The notes below the pieces were generated by a model. It saw nothing but the letters and a program-made list of their open reading frames with translations. It was not told the DNA's origin and searched no databases. DNA of 63,279 bases, the filler included, from Octopus bimaculoides (lineage: Eukaryota), in assembly GCF_001194135.2 (NCBI RefSeq). It is 6 parts of 6 records of this genome, joined end to end, with 100 filler letters (N's around TTAATTAATTAA, not from the genome) between each part and the next. Parts side by side here need not be neighbours in the genome. Positions count along the whole stretch, not along the records: positions 1 to 23,097 come from NC_068981.1; positions 23,198 to 36,138 come from NC_068983.1; 4 more parts are not named here. One strand, written 5' to 3'. Position numbers and translations under genes: made by a program. Positions 13,137-23,693 of the stretch are shown piece by piece (the first letter of the stretch is position 1; each line of letters opens with the position of its first letter).

Positions 13137-13497
13137 AGGCGCAGATGTGGGTATATGGTTAAGAAACGCGCCTTGCAACCACGTGGTTTTGGGTTCAGTC
13201 CCATTGCGCGGCACTTGGGTTAGTATCTTCTATTGTAACCCCGAGCCGACAAATGCTTTGTGAGTTTGGGAGATGGAAATTGCATGGAAGCCCGTCGTAT
13301 ATATGTATGTGTATGTCTTTGTGCCTCTGTTGGTTTGTTTGTGTCCCCGTAGCTTAGCGATTTCGCAAAAGAGAAGGATAGGGTAAGTACCAGAATTTAA
13401 AAAAGTGAAGTGCTAGGGTCAGTTTATTCGACTAAAACTGTTCTAGCCAGTGCTCCAGCATGACCATAGTCCAATTACTGAAACAAATAAAAGAACA
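13137..13497 (+). mobile_element. SINE family A, near full length (diverged)
   Basis: tRNA-like head GGCGCAG...TGGTTAAG...GGGTTCAGTCCC through the GTGCTCCAGCATGACC...ACTGAAACAAATAAAAGA tail. Confidence 0.85.
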
Positions 13498-13524
13498 TGG
13501 ACGATAAAGAAGAGCAGTATTTCA

Positions 13525-13718
13525 TAATCCTTTCCACTTCAGACACAAAGCCCAACTATATCGACCCTAGTGTTCAACTGGTTTTTATTTAATCGACCCT
13601 GAAAGAATAAAAGGCAAAGATAACCTCGGCTGAATTTGAACTCAGGGTGTAAAGCTGGCAGAAATGCCGCTAAGTAATTTTGTCTGGTGCGGTAGCAAAT
13701 CTGCCAGTTTGCCACCTT
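13525..13718 (-). mobile_element. SINE family B (diverged)
   Basis: Reverse complement of the family B head and body. Confidence 0.75.
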
Positions 13719-14612
13719 TCTAGTGTTAAAAATAATATTAGTCATGACGTCAATATTTTCTCTTCGCCACGTAAGTATTATTTTAGACTGCAGCCATGCT
13801 GGGACACCGCCTTAACGGTTTTAGACCAGTGTTTCTCAAGGTAGGGCGCATAACCTACCTGTTGTAGCATAGCATTATTTTGGTAGGGTGTGAGTTACTT
13901 CAGAACGAGGCGTAAATAACATGTAAGTAAACCTTGCCATAAAATTTTCATAAAACTTATTTTCAATGAATAATTGTTATATACTTTGTTCATGAGAAGG
14001 GTTCACGATAGGGCGGAGGGAGGATTGAAAAGAGGAATGGGGGCGAAGCGCTGAGAAATACTGTTTTGGTCGATCAAATCGATCCCAGCACTTATTTTTA
14101 GTTTGGTACTTATTGTCGAACCGCTAGGTAACGGAGATTCAAACGAACCAACAACAATTGTCAAAACAGTTGTAAAGAAAATTAAAATGCAGCTTTCATA
14201 ATACAAACGTTATCTGAAATAGAACGCAATACTTTAATTGAAGTAGATATACATACATACATACATACATACAAACAAACATACATACATACATACATAC
14301 ATACATACATACATACATACATACATCACTGGAACTGAAAATCTGTAAAACTTTCCAGAAGTTTATCATTTAAATATATATGATCACGTCTAGATATGCA
14401 ACTATATGCGTGGGAATACATATATAAAGCAAAACATACAAATCTGCACACATACATACATACATACATACATACATACATACATACATACCCTGTTGTT
14501 GATGTTGAAATTCCAATGAAGGAGCCTTGGATCTAGGTTAAAAACCGGCTCTTTCTCTATTGGCAAGAAATCTTGAAATAAACTGAATAATGAATACATA
14601 CGAACATATATA

Positions 14613-15012
14613 CGAAGGGGTACCCAAAAGTAGCCGGAAACGTTCCCTGCAGTTCAGGTTTCCGCCGCTAGCAGTCATATGATGCAACCCTCAGACATCA
14701 GTATGCCGACCGTCGTCAAGCGAAGTCGTACTCTCACCTTTTGCAGTGCATCTCTCCGATTCGTCGATTTTTGCGATGGCTGAAACGAAGAAACTGCGTA
14801 CTACCGTGAAATTCTGTTTTCTGCTGGGGAAAACGGCGAGCGAAACAGTTGCCATGCTTCAAACAGCTTACAAGGACGCCGCCATGAGCAAAACACAAGT
14901 TTACGAGTGGTTTTCACGCTTTAGGAATGGTCAGTTGTCGCTTGAAGACCAACCTCGTTCAGGGCCACCGTCGAGCTCCCGAACTAATGAAAATATCATA
15001 AAAATTCATGAA
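14613..15012 (+). mobile_element. Mariner transposon 5' end: TIR plus N-terminal HTH of the transposase
   Basis: TA + CGAAGGGGTACCCAAAAGTAGCCGGAA; ATG at 14776 gives MAETKKLRTTVKFCFLLGKTASETVAMLQTAYKDAAMSKTQVYEWFSRFRNGQLSLEDQPRSGPP, a typical mariner N-terminus; interrupted by a SINE. Confidence 0.9.
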
Positions 15013-15165
15013 CGTTAGCATGCCGAGCGAAATGATTAGCGGTATTTCGTCTCTCTTTACGTTCTGAGTTCAAATTCCGCCGAGGTTGACTTTGCCTTTC
15101 ATCCTTTCGGGGTCGATAAATTAAGTACCAGTTGTGTACTGGGGTCAATCTAATCGACTGGCCCT
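15013..15165 (+). mobile_element. SINE family B adjoining the mariner ORF
   Basis: GTTAGCATGCCGAGCGAAATG...GCCTTTCATCCTTTCGGGGTCGATAAATTAAGTACCAG; runs into a gap. Confidence 0.9.
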
Positions 15166-15988
15166 NNNNNNNNNNNNNNNNNNNNNNNNNNNNNNNNNNN
15201 NNNNNNNNNNNNNNNNNNNNNNNNNNNNNNNNNNNNNNNNNNNNNNNNNNNNNNNNNNNNNNNNNNNNNNNNNNNNNNNNNNNNNNNNNNNNNNNNNNNN
15301 NNNNNNNNNNNNNNNNNNNNNNNNNNNNNNNNNNNNNNNNNNNNNNNNNNNNNNNNNNNNNNNNNNNNNNNNNNNNNNNNNNNNNNNNNNNNNNNNNNNN
15401 NNNNNNNNNNNNNNNNNNNNNNNNNNNNNNNNNNNNNNNNNNNNNNNNNNNNNNNNNNNNNNNNNNNNNNNNNNNNNNNNNNNNNNNNNNNNNNNNNNNN
15501 NNNNNNNNNNNNNNNNNNNNNNNNNNNNNNNNNNNNNNNNNNNNNNNNNNNNNNNNNNNNNNNNNNNNNNNNNNNNNNNNNNNNNNNNNNNNNNNNNNNN
15601 NNNNNNNNNNNNNNNNNNNNNNNNNNNNNNNNNNNNNNNNNNNNNNNNNNNNNNNNNNNNNNNNNNNNNNNNNNNNNNNNNNNNNNNNNNNNNNNNNNNN
15701 NNNNNNNNNNNNNNNNNNNNNNNNNNNNNNNNNNNNNNNNNNNNNNNNNNNNNNNNNNNNNNNNNNNNNNNNNNNNNNNNNNNNNNNNNNNNNNNNNNNN
15801 NNNNNNNNNNNNNNNNNNNNNNNNNNNNNNNNNNNNNNNNNNNNNNNNNNNNNNNNNNNNNNNNNNNNNNNNNNNNNNNNNNNNNNNNNNNNNNNNNNNN
15901 NNNNNNNNNNNNNNNNNNNNNNNNGTTTATTAGCGTCAGTAGATTTTGGGAAACCAGTGACTACTCTTGTTAGATTCATTCGTCCGGG

Positions 15989-16044
15989 GTAGCTTTGGCT
16001 GAGGAGGCACAACGGTGTCGAAACATCGGGTGTCCAAAGTCTAC
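15989..16044 (+). ncRNA. Minimal type I hammerhead ribozyme motif
   Basis: CTGAGGA (15999-16005); stem II GGCAC/GTGTC with AACG loop; GAAA; stem III ACA/TGT; GTC cleavage triplet (C16034); stem I GTAG-CTTTG(G)/CAAAGTCTAC with bulges. Confidence 0.75.
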
Positions 16045-17041
16045 TTGCGCTAATTAATCGAGTATGTTATGAAAAAAGATTCGTCTGAAAGGAGAAGTTG
16101 TTCTCTAATTACAAAATACAACATTGATTAACATATTCGAGTTCGAATTTGTCGGAACATATGAATATGTTCTAATTTTCGCTGAAAACGTGCACATGAC
16201 GATTTCTAATCGAAGAAGAGGATATTTATATGTTTCAAACCAACAAGGCCACCATGTTTTTTCTTTCTTTTTATAGAGTATATAAAAGATATATTGATTA
16301 TTTCTATGCGGATTAAGAATAGTTTAAAAGCTTCCAAGTCCTCACCTGGAGACTGACATAACAATTCAGACTTTCTTCTTTCGCTCACTATCTTCATTGG
16401 CACCTTACCAAACACTGGCATCTAACATTTATTTTGTCTTATTTTTCTTCGTAGGTAAACAGACATGAAATATATTAATACAACACAGAAAGTTGCTTGT
16501 TATTTTTACTTATATATTATCTCTCGGCAATATTTGTGTATCACGCATGAGAAGAATTAAAATTAACCAGAGATGTTTTTAATAAATCATTTCTGATCTT
16601 TCTTTTCGGTTTCTAAATTGCATTAGTTAGTTTCATCAGTTAACATTTAGTCTTACTAATCAAACAATTAATTTAGATTAACTGTAGTACACCGTTCTTG
16701 TTTCCTCGAAGTTGTTTTTAAAACTTGAATCCACTAGAGTTTTTTCAAGACTGATTAATAATGGTCGACAGAATCATTGCATGTTTAACTACATCTGCTG
16801 ACGGAAATATGTTAAATCCAGCGAAATAAGTTCTTCCTCTTTTATCAAAGAGAAAATACTGAACAGTATGTTTTTAGTTAAGGTGTACGAAGAAGGCATC
16901 GACCGAATATCAAGAAGGAAGCTGATAGTGAATTAGTATTATAATTATTTTAGGAAACTTTAATAAGAATAAATACAAATAAACCTACAATAAAAAAAAT
17001 AGTGTTAGTCATTGGTTAATATAATTTTTTTAATCTTTCAG

Positions 17042-17067
17042 CAAAAACAAGAGATAACTCCGGTCAG
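17042..17067 (+). CDS. Candidate micro-exon (AKTRDNSGQ)
   Basis: Strong acceptor TTTTTTTAATCTTTCAG; phase 1 to 0 would fit between exons 5742-5859 and 27895-28029; donor GTTTCT is weak. Confidence 0.25.
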
Positions 17068-17290
17068 GTTTCTATCTTATTCTCACCTCCTCAGAGAAGC
17101 ATATAAGCTGATATGCGAGTAGGTTTCGTTTCAGAGTTGAAGTCAATTCAGTTCACCGATATTGCTAATTCCCCTCAGAAGGACAGGAATGTCACACGAT
17201 TCCATTTACGTTTGCTGCAAATCCGTGTCTTTGTATATTTGTTTTAAAAAAAAGAACCAATGCTATCAGGATATCAATGAAACTGTACGC

Positions 17291-17337
<47 letters not shown>

Positions 17338-17373
17338 NNNNNNNNNNNNNNNNNNNNNNNNNNNNNNNNNNNN

Positions 17374-17409
<36 letters not shown>

Positions 17410-17412
<3 letters not shown>

Positions 17413-17530
17413 TTGAAAAGTAAAAGCCGAAGACATGTGTATGAACAACAAGCACGTGTATTAGTTTGACGCTCGGGAAAATGAAAAAGTCTTTTATGTT
17501 TCGAGCCTACGCTCTTCAACAGAAAGGAAT
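17410..17530 (-). mobile_element. Solo PLE pseudo-LTR-like fragment with a variant minimal hammerhead
   Basis: Minus strand CTTT-CTGTTGA-A-GAGC-GTAG-GCTC-GAAAC-AT-A-AAAG; sits between (GA)n and (ATGT)n; GACGCTCGGGAAA recurs near 44378-44390. Confidence 0.55.
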
Positions 17531-18974
17531 ATATATGTATGTATGTATGAATGTATGTATGTATTATGTATGTACAGATTAGTAATAAGATGTAACCTAA
17601 TATGACACTATTCAATGACGCAGCATTTTATAAAATGAAATTTTCTGGAAAACTCAATTCTTAAAATGTTCTCATTTTCGTTACGTGCCTATATTTTCTC
17701 ATTATTTACTCTCCCCTTTTCTCTCTCTATATATTCCAAGAATATTTTACAAACACACACACAAATTTATCTATGATATTCAGCCAAAGTAACTCTCTAC
17801 CTCATATTTACCGTAAATATGGAGGATGCAGCTGCACCGGCAGTTGGTGATTCGTGCTTGCTCCCAATTACACAACGTCTTTCCCTGCGATGAAACTCCG
17901 AAAGTTGGGGCTAATTCATTGTCTCAGATGCGCATGATTTCCCAACCTCTGCAACAAAATGTCTCCCTTCTATTTGTGGTCTTGAAAATGTTCCTGTCCT
18001 AATTGTACTAGGCAACCAACTTCTCTCTTATTCCTGATAAAGTGGCCGAGACAACTGCCGGTATATCAGATTGTAGTGGTATAATCGGAGTGATCCATGA
18101 GTCTCGCCGTATTCCGAGGTACACGCGCTACGGAATACCGCCCTTCTACTCATGAAAACTTGGCCGTTGTTGGTTGGGTCTCGTCCTTTTCAAAAGTGAA
18201 TGGCGTTAATCGTTTCTTACAGTTACGCCTAGATACCTTGACAAGTGTGATACAATATACATACATATACATGTATGTATGCGTGTATATGTAGGCGTAC
18301 ATACACACCCACATACATATATATATATATANNNNNNNNNNNNNNNNNNNNNNNNNNNNNNNNNNNNNNNNNNNNNNNNNNNNNNNNNNNNNNNNNNNNN
18401 NNNNNNNNNNNNNNNNNNNNNNNNNNNNNNNNNNNNNNNNNNNNNNNNNNNNNNNNNNNNNNNNNNNNNNNNNNNNNNNNNNNNNNNNNNNNNNNNNNNN
18501 NNNNNNNNNNNNNNNNNNNNNNNNNNNNNNNNNNNNNNNNNNNNNNNNNNNNNNNNNNNNNNNNNNNNNNNNNNNNNNNNNNNNNNNNNNNNNNNNNNNN
18601 NNNNNNNNNNNNNNNNNNNNNNNNNNNNNNNNNNNNNNNNNNNNNNNNNNNNNNNNNNNNNNNNNNNNNNNNNNNNNNNNNNNNNNNNNNNNNNNNNNNN
18701 NNNNNNNNNNNNNNNNNNNNNNNNNNNNNNNNNNNNNNNNNNNNNNNNNNNNNNNNNNNNNNNNNNNNNNNNNNNNNNNNNNNNNNNNNNNNNNNNNNNN
18801 NNNNNNNNNNNNNNNNNNNNNNNNNNNNNNNNNNNNNNNNNNNNNNNNNNNNNNNNNNNNNNNNNNNNNNNNNNNNNNNNNNNNNNNNNNNNNNNNNNNN
18901 NNNNNNNNNNNNNNNNNNNNNNNNNNNNNNNNNNNNNNNNNNNNNNNNNNNNNNNNNNNNNNNNNNNNNNNNNN

Positions 18975-19035
<61 letters not shown>

Positions 19036-19847
19036 GAGAGAGAGAGAGATAAAGAGACACAGATAAAGAAAGATTCAAACGAACACTACTGACACTCACA
19101 CACACACATACAAACGCATTGGGGTGCGTAATAATGCACACACGCACACACAGACGACTGCTAACTGTGCGTATATGTGTGTATGTGTGCGTGATATTAG
19201 CGTTAATATGTGTGCGAGTGTGTGTATGTGCAAATGTACAAGTACCTGTAGCATTAATTTGACTTTCTCACTATTTATCAAATGTAGGAATACGGATATT
19301 AGTACATATATAGCTAGTAAAACATTGTATCCAACATATACAGTAGGATATTTTACAAAAGAAGTTAGGAACACAGATACTAATACATAGATAACAGAAT
19401 ACATAGATAGACGCTCAATTTACACGACGGCTTGCCCTAAGCCGCACGAGTTAAATCATCTGGTAAATAGTGAAGGAAAATTAGACAAATGATATTTGCA
19501 CGTGCACACGCCCCCCCCCCCACTCTCCAACTCTCACGCAACATGCACACACAGTTAACTGGCGTCTATGTATGTGTGTTTATACCAATAGAGTCCGTGT
19601 ATGTGTGACTGTGTATATTTATGCGCGTGCCAGTGGCGTTCGTTTGAATCACTCTCTCTCTCTCTCTCTCTATCTCTATCTCTCTATCTATCTATCTATC
19701 TCTCTCTTGGTCACTCTCTCTCCCTTTCTCCCCCTCTCTCTTCCTCTATCTCTTCCTCACACACACACACAGAACTTTACCACCACCTTTCCACAACGTA
19801 ACAGATTTTTTACACCACAGGAATCAATCATTCTGACTTTATTATAA

Positions 19848-19903
<56 letters not shown>

Positions 19904-21117
19904 TATATGTTATATGATATATTATATTCGAGCATACAAGTAATCGCTCCTTCTTTTTAGACCTGAATAGCAGAAACAAAAGAATCGTTAAAAGACTGCC
20001 ATGTTTAAAACTCAATTCATTTTCCCATATGTCATTACTATATAAAATTTTATTCCCTCCACGAAAACAGTATAATATATATACAGGAGATAATATCATA
20101 CAATACTGCAACCACTGTAAATAAATCTCACATTACTTTGTCCTCGTGGAGAGATCATACTCGATAAGGATTTATAGCAAAAAGGTAAAGGATTTGCTTC
20201 CAGACTTTGGGAATCTGAATGTTCCATGCAATTTTAGTTGAGGGCTTATGAATTTGTTGTTTATTTTTCATTTAATAACAGTGACTCAACAGCAATGATA
20301 TCGTCAAGGGAGGTAATTAGTTTTGATATCTTGGAAGCGTTCATATTTTTCTTATTTACCTCTCTTGGCATCATCCAGATGTTGTTTTATGGTTGCAGCA
20401 GCTGCTAAAATGCTGTTATTTAGTTGCCAAAACTTTGGTTCTATAAATTTCTGCGATAGACGTCCCAAGCAGAAGATATTGTCAAGCAAACACTCATTCA
20501 TTTGTTTGTTTTATTGTATATGTTCGGTGATCTCATCCAAATAATTGGTTTATATGATATTTATAATGCTATCGTTAATAATAAACATGTATGTGTACTT
20601 TACTGTTGTTGAACTCGGTTGCTTACTTCCAACTTTGTATAACGGTACTTCGAGAGAAAAAACACGCTAGAAAACAAGTTCTGAATACTAACTACAAATA
20701 CAATAGGGTCTCGCATATGTTAGTACACTGAGTTGGAAAAAAACTCCGATTAACTGAGATTATCTTTGAAATTAACAGACAAAAACTCACTGCTACAAAT
20801 TTAAGAATGTAAGTAATGGTGATCGTTCTAATAAAATGACTTAAGTGATATCTAGAAAACAAAGAAAATGCAACATGGGAATGGGTCTTGTCTTTAAATA
20901 CAGGTGAAAGTAATGGTTATGTTTCGGTCCTATTAAATCTCCTTAGTGAAGGATATTCTACTCAATTCCTTTTACAAACAGATAGATAAATAAATAAGAT
21001 TAACAGACAGGCAGGCAAACAGACAGACACAGTGTAGGGTACAGTGATACACATACACACGCACACACAGACACACAGAGGCACACTCATACACACATGC
21101 ACGTAGCGGGATTTGCC

Positions 21118-21245
21118 TCAACTTCCGTCTACGAAATTCATTGAGAAGACATTGGTCGGCTCGGAACTATAGCAGAAAAAAACGCTTGCCCAGGATACCA
21201 CACGGTGGGACTGAACCATGTGGTTGGGAAGCAAACTTCTTACAC
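21118..21245 (-). mobile_element. SINE family A, 5' part (diverged)
   Basis: Reverse complement of the head and CORE-like block. Confidence 0.75.
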
Positions 21246-21297
21246 ATATCAATCACGCATTTTTTTTTTTTTTCTGTAACGTTATTTCTAACGATTT

Positions 21298-21520
21298 AAG
21301 GCGGCGAGCTGGCAGAATCGTTAGCACGCCGGACAAAATGCTTAGCGGTATTTCGTCTGTCTTTACGTTCTGAGTTCAAATTCCGCCGAGGTCGACTTTG
21401 CCTTTCATCCTTTGCCTTTCATCGGGGTCGATAAATTAAGTACCAGTTGCGTACCTGGGTCGATCTAATCGACTGGTTCCCTCCTCAAAAATTTTGGGCC
21501 TTGTCCGTATAGTAGAACAG
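21298..21520 (+). mobile_element. Full-length SINE family B with a 17-bp target-site duplication
   Basis: GTTATTTCTAACGATTT at 21281-21297 and 21521-21537. Confidence 0.95.
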
Positions 21521-21786
21521 GTTATTTCTAACGATTTCCTAAGTAATAATCAAATATGTGATTTGCTGTACTTGAATATCGTTGTAATCTTGGATAATGG
21601 AAAAACAATTTTTTACCATATACCGAATAATACTGCAATATATTAGAGTAGACGTTAACTTCGTCAAAATCATTGGAAATTATATTTATGGGAAAATCAT
21701 CAATACTTCAACTTGAAAGAAGAAATACAGCGTCTCCTTTACATGCTTCTGTGAGTGTGTGCGTGTGTGTGTGTATGTGTGTGTGC

Positions 21787-21817
<31 letters not shown>

Positions 21818-21962
21818 GTGTGTGTGTTCGCGCGTGTAAATCTTCTAATTTGGACGGTCAATGGTGTAATGCCACAGCGCTCTGTTTTGGTAGGGTGATT
21901 AGGCGATGTGCTTTTCTTCATCTTGAATATATGCTGTATACATACATACATATGTGTGTCTA

Positions 21963-22273
21963 TGTTCGATTAGTATTTGCAAAGGGAAATCATCGTTCCT
22001 ATCTCTAGCCTTGCATGATACACACAGACCCGGGTTTCTGAGTAGTAACCAGTCATCAGCGTGTGACAATCACCAGCTAGCGATGAGAACTCATTCCAAA
22101 CGCAAAATACTATAAAAAGCATATAGTATTCTGCATGTGGAATGAGTTCTCATCGTTAGCTAGTGATTGTTACACGCTGATGACGGGTTACTACCCAGAA
22201 ACCCGGGTCTGTGTGTATCACGTAAGGCTAGATATAGGAACGATGATTTCCCTTTGCAAATACTAATCGGACA
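21963..22273. repeat. ~310-bp foldback palindrome (MITE-like)
   Basis: Arms of about 147 bp with 11 mismatches by hand alignment and a 9-nt spacer AAAAAGCAT. Confidence 0.9.
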
Positions 22274-22434
22274 CAGACAGCTGGAGGAAATGTCTTCCTG
22301 GGGCTATAAACAACAATAGCATCGTCCCCTATGGATCTGCCACATTTAGGTGGCAAATATACTTCACGATTCCGTGCTGCTACTGTTTACATCTCGCTCA
22401 GAGATTTATTATTGCTTATATATATATATATATA

Positions 22435-23048
22435 TGTAGTGAAACTAACCTCTATCATCATTATATACAAACACCACTTTCTCTCACTACTATAAATATT
22501 AACAAACGCGAGCGTAGTAGAAAGCAACTCATTCCCTGTCATCACCTGATTGATTATTATTTGAAGCGGCAACTGCCTCGTACCGTTCCCGCCAGAACGC
22601 AAATCGACCAACCACAGCCCCTAATAAGGTCACGTGATAGTGTTTTTCTAACGCTTCTCTGGAGCCTACCTTCAGCTATAAATAGCCTGCTAGATACCCA
22701 GCAAATCGTCGTGCTTCAGATCTCCTTTGAGATCTGGCCGCCGGCCACACATGCGTAACACAGCAGCAACCAGTTTCCAGCGACGACATCAACACCATCG
22801 TACAACTACGAACTACAAGCATCGCCCCCGACGTCGCCAGCAGCAACACAACTTTACGTACTGCCAGCACCGTCGCCAGCGTCAACATGACTCTACACGT
22901 ACACAAGCTACCAACAGCTAACTGCAGCATTTCTCTTCGATCCTGTTTGTGTGATTTCTTCACCACGATAAATAACAGCCAAGAATTTAGCCTGCGAAGA
23001 ACATCTGTAGTCAAGAACCCGGCTTGGCATAGAAGCCCTAACATCACA
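22435..23048 (+). mobile_element. Probable LTR of an LTR retrotransposon (~614 bp) with a possible degenerate PBS
   Basis: Starts TGTAGTG after (TA)n and ends CATCACA; TATAAATA at 22677-22684; followed by ACTAGTGATCGCTCTG, which resembles a mutated TGG-type PBS. Confidence 0.5.
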
Positions 23049-23197
23049 ACTAGTGATCGCTCTGCCCCACACGCCTTAACTTCTTATATACAGACACNNN
23101 NNNNNNNNNNNNNNNNNNNNNNNNNNNNNNNNNNNNNNNNNTTAATTAATTAANNNNNNNNNNNNNNNNNNNNNNNNNNNNNNNNNNNNNNNNNNNN

Positions 23198-23515
23198 CTA
23201 GATAGAGAACATTTTCCTTCATCAGCTACCCCCGTTTTAACACCGGCGTTTCGAAGAGCTGGGTAGGACGCATCGTTAAAACGGCTCTTCCCATGGACCG
23301 CAAATTAAATTTGTATACACAAATTTAACCTTCCATGGAGGAATGTAGTGGCGGACAAAAAACAAGACAGGAAAACAAACGGAAAAGGCTATACGGCCAG
23401 ACGAGAAAAATTATGTGTGTATGAACGCTGTGAGGCACGAACTTGAAAGTGGGGACGAAGTAAGTTCGCGTGTTTGCTCGGCGATAGCCAAGGAAGAAAA
23501 GGATTATTGACCGGA
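23198..23515 (-). other. Highly structured element containing hammerhead core motifs in non-canonical order
   Basis: Complementary pairs CTACCC/GGGTAG, CCGTTTTAAC/GTTAAAACGG, GAAGAGC/GCTCTTC, GCGT/ACGC, CCATGGA/TCCATGG and TTAAATTTGT/ACAAATTTAA; the minus strand carries GTC, GAAAC and CTGATGA. Confidence 0.6.
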
Positions 23516-23551
23516 AGCATATATATATACATATATATATACAAATATAAG

Positions 23552-23693
23552 CAGTAATACTTCACTTTACGAGGACCCGTTTAACGATATTATGGGTTTG
23601 CGAGCTATTACGAGTTTAATGTTTCTGTTTACGAGTTCTCCATTTACGAGCGGTCTCCATGAACAAGTTAACTTGTATATCGAGGGATTACTG
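23552..23693. mobile_element. Small Tigger/pogo-like MITE
   Basis: Imperfect TIRs CAGTAATACTTCACTTTACGAG ... CTTGTATATCGAGGGATTACTG followed by TA. Confidence 0.6.

Noticed and set aside
17820-18240. GC-richer unique stretch, possibly a decayed coding element
   Set aside because: All frames examined contain stops and no motif was recognised.
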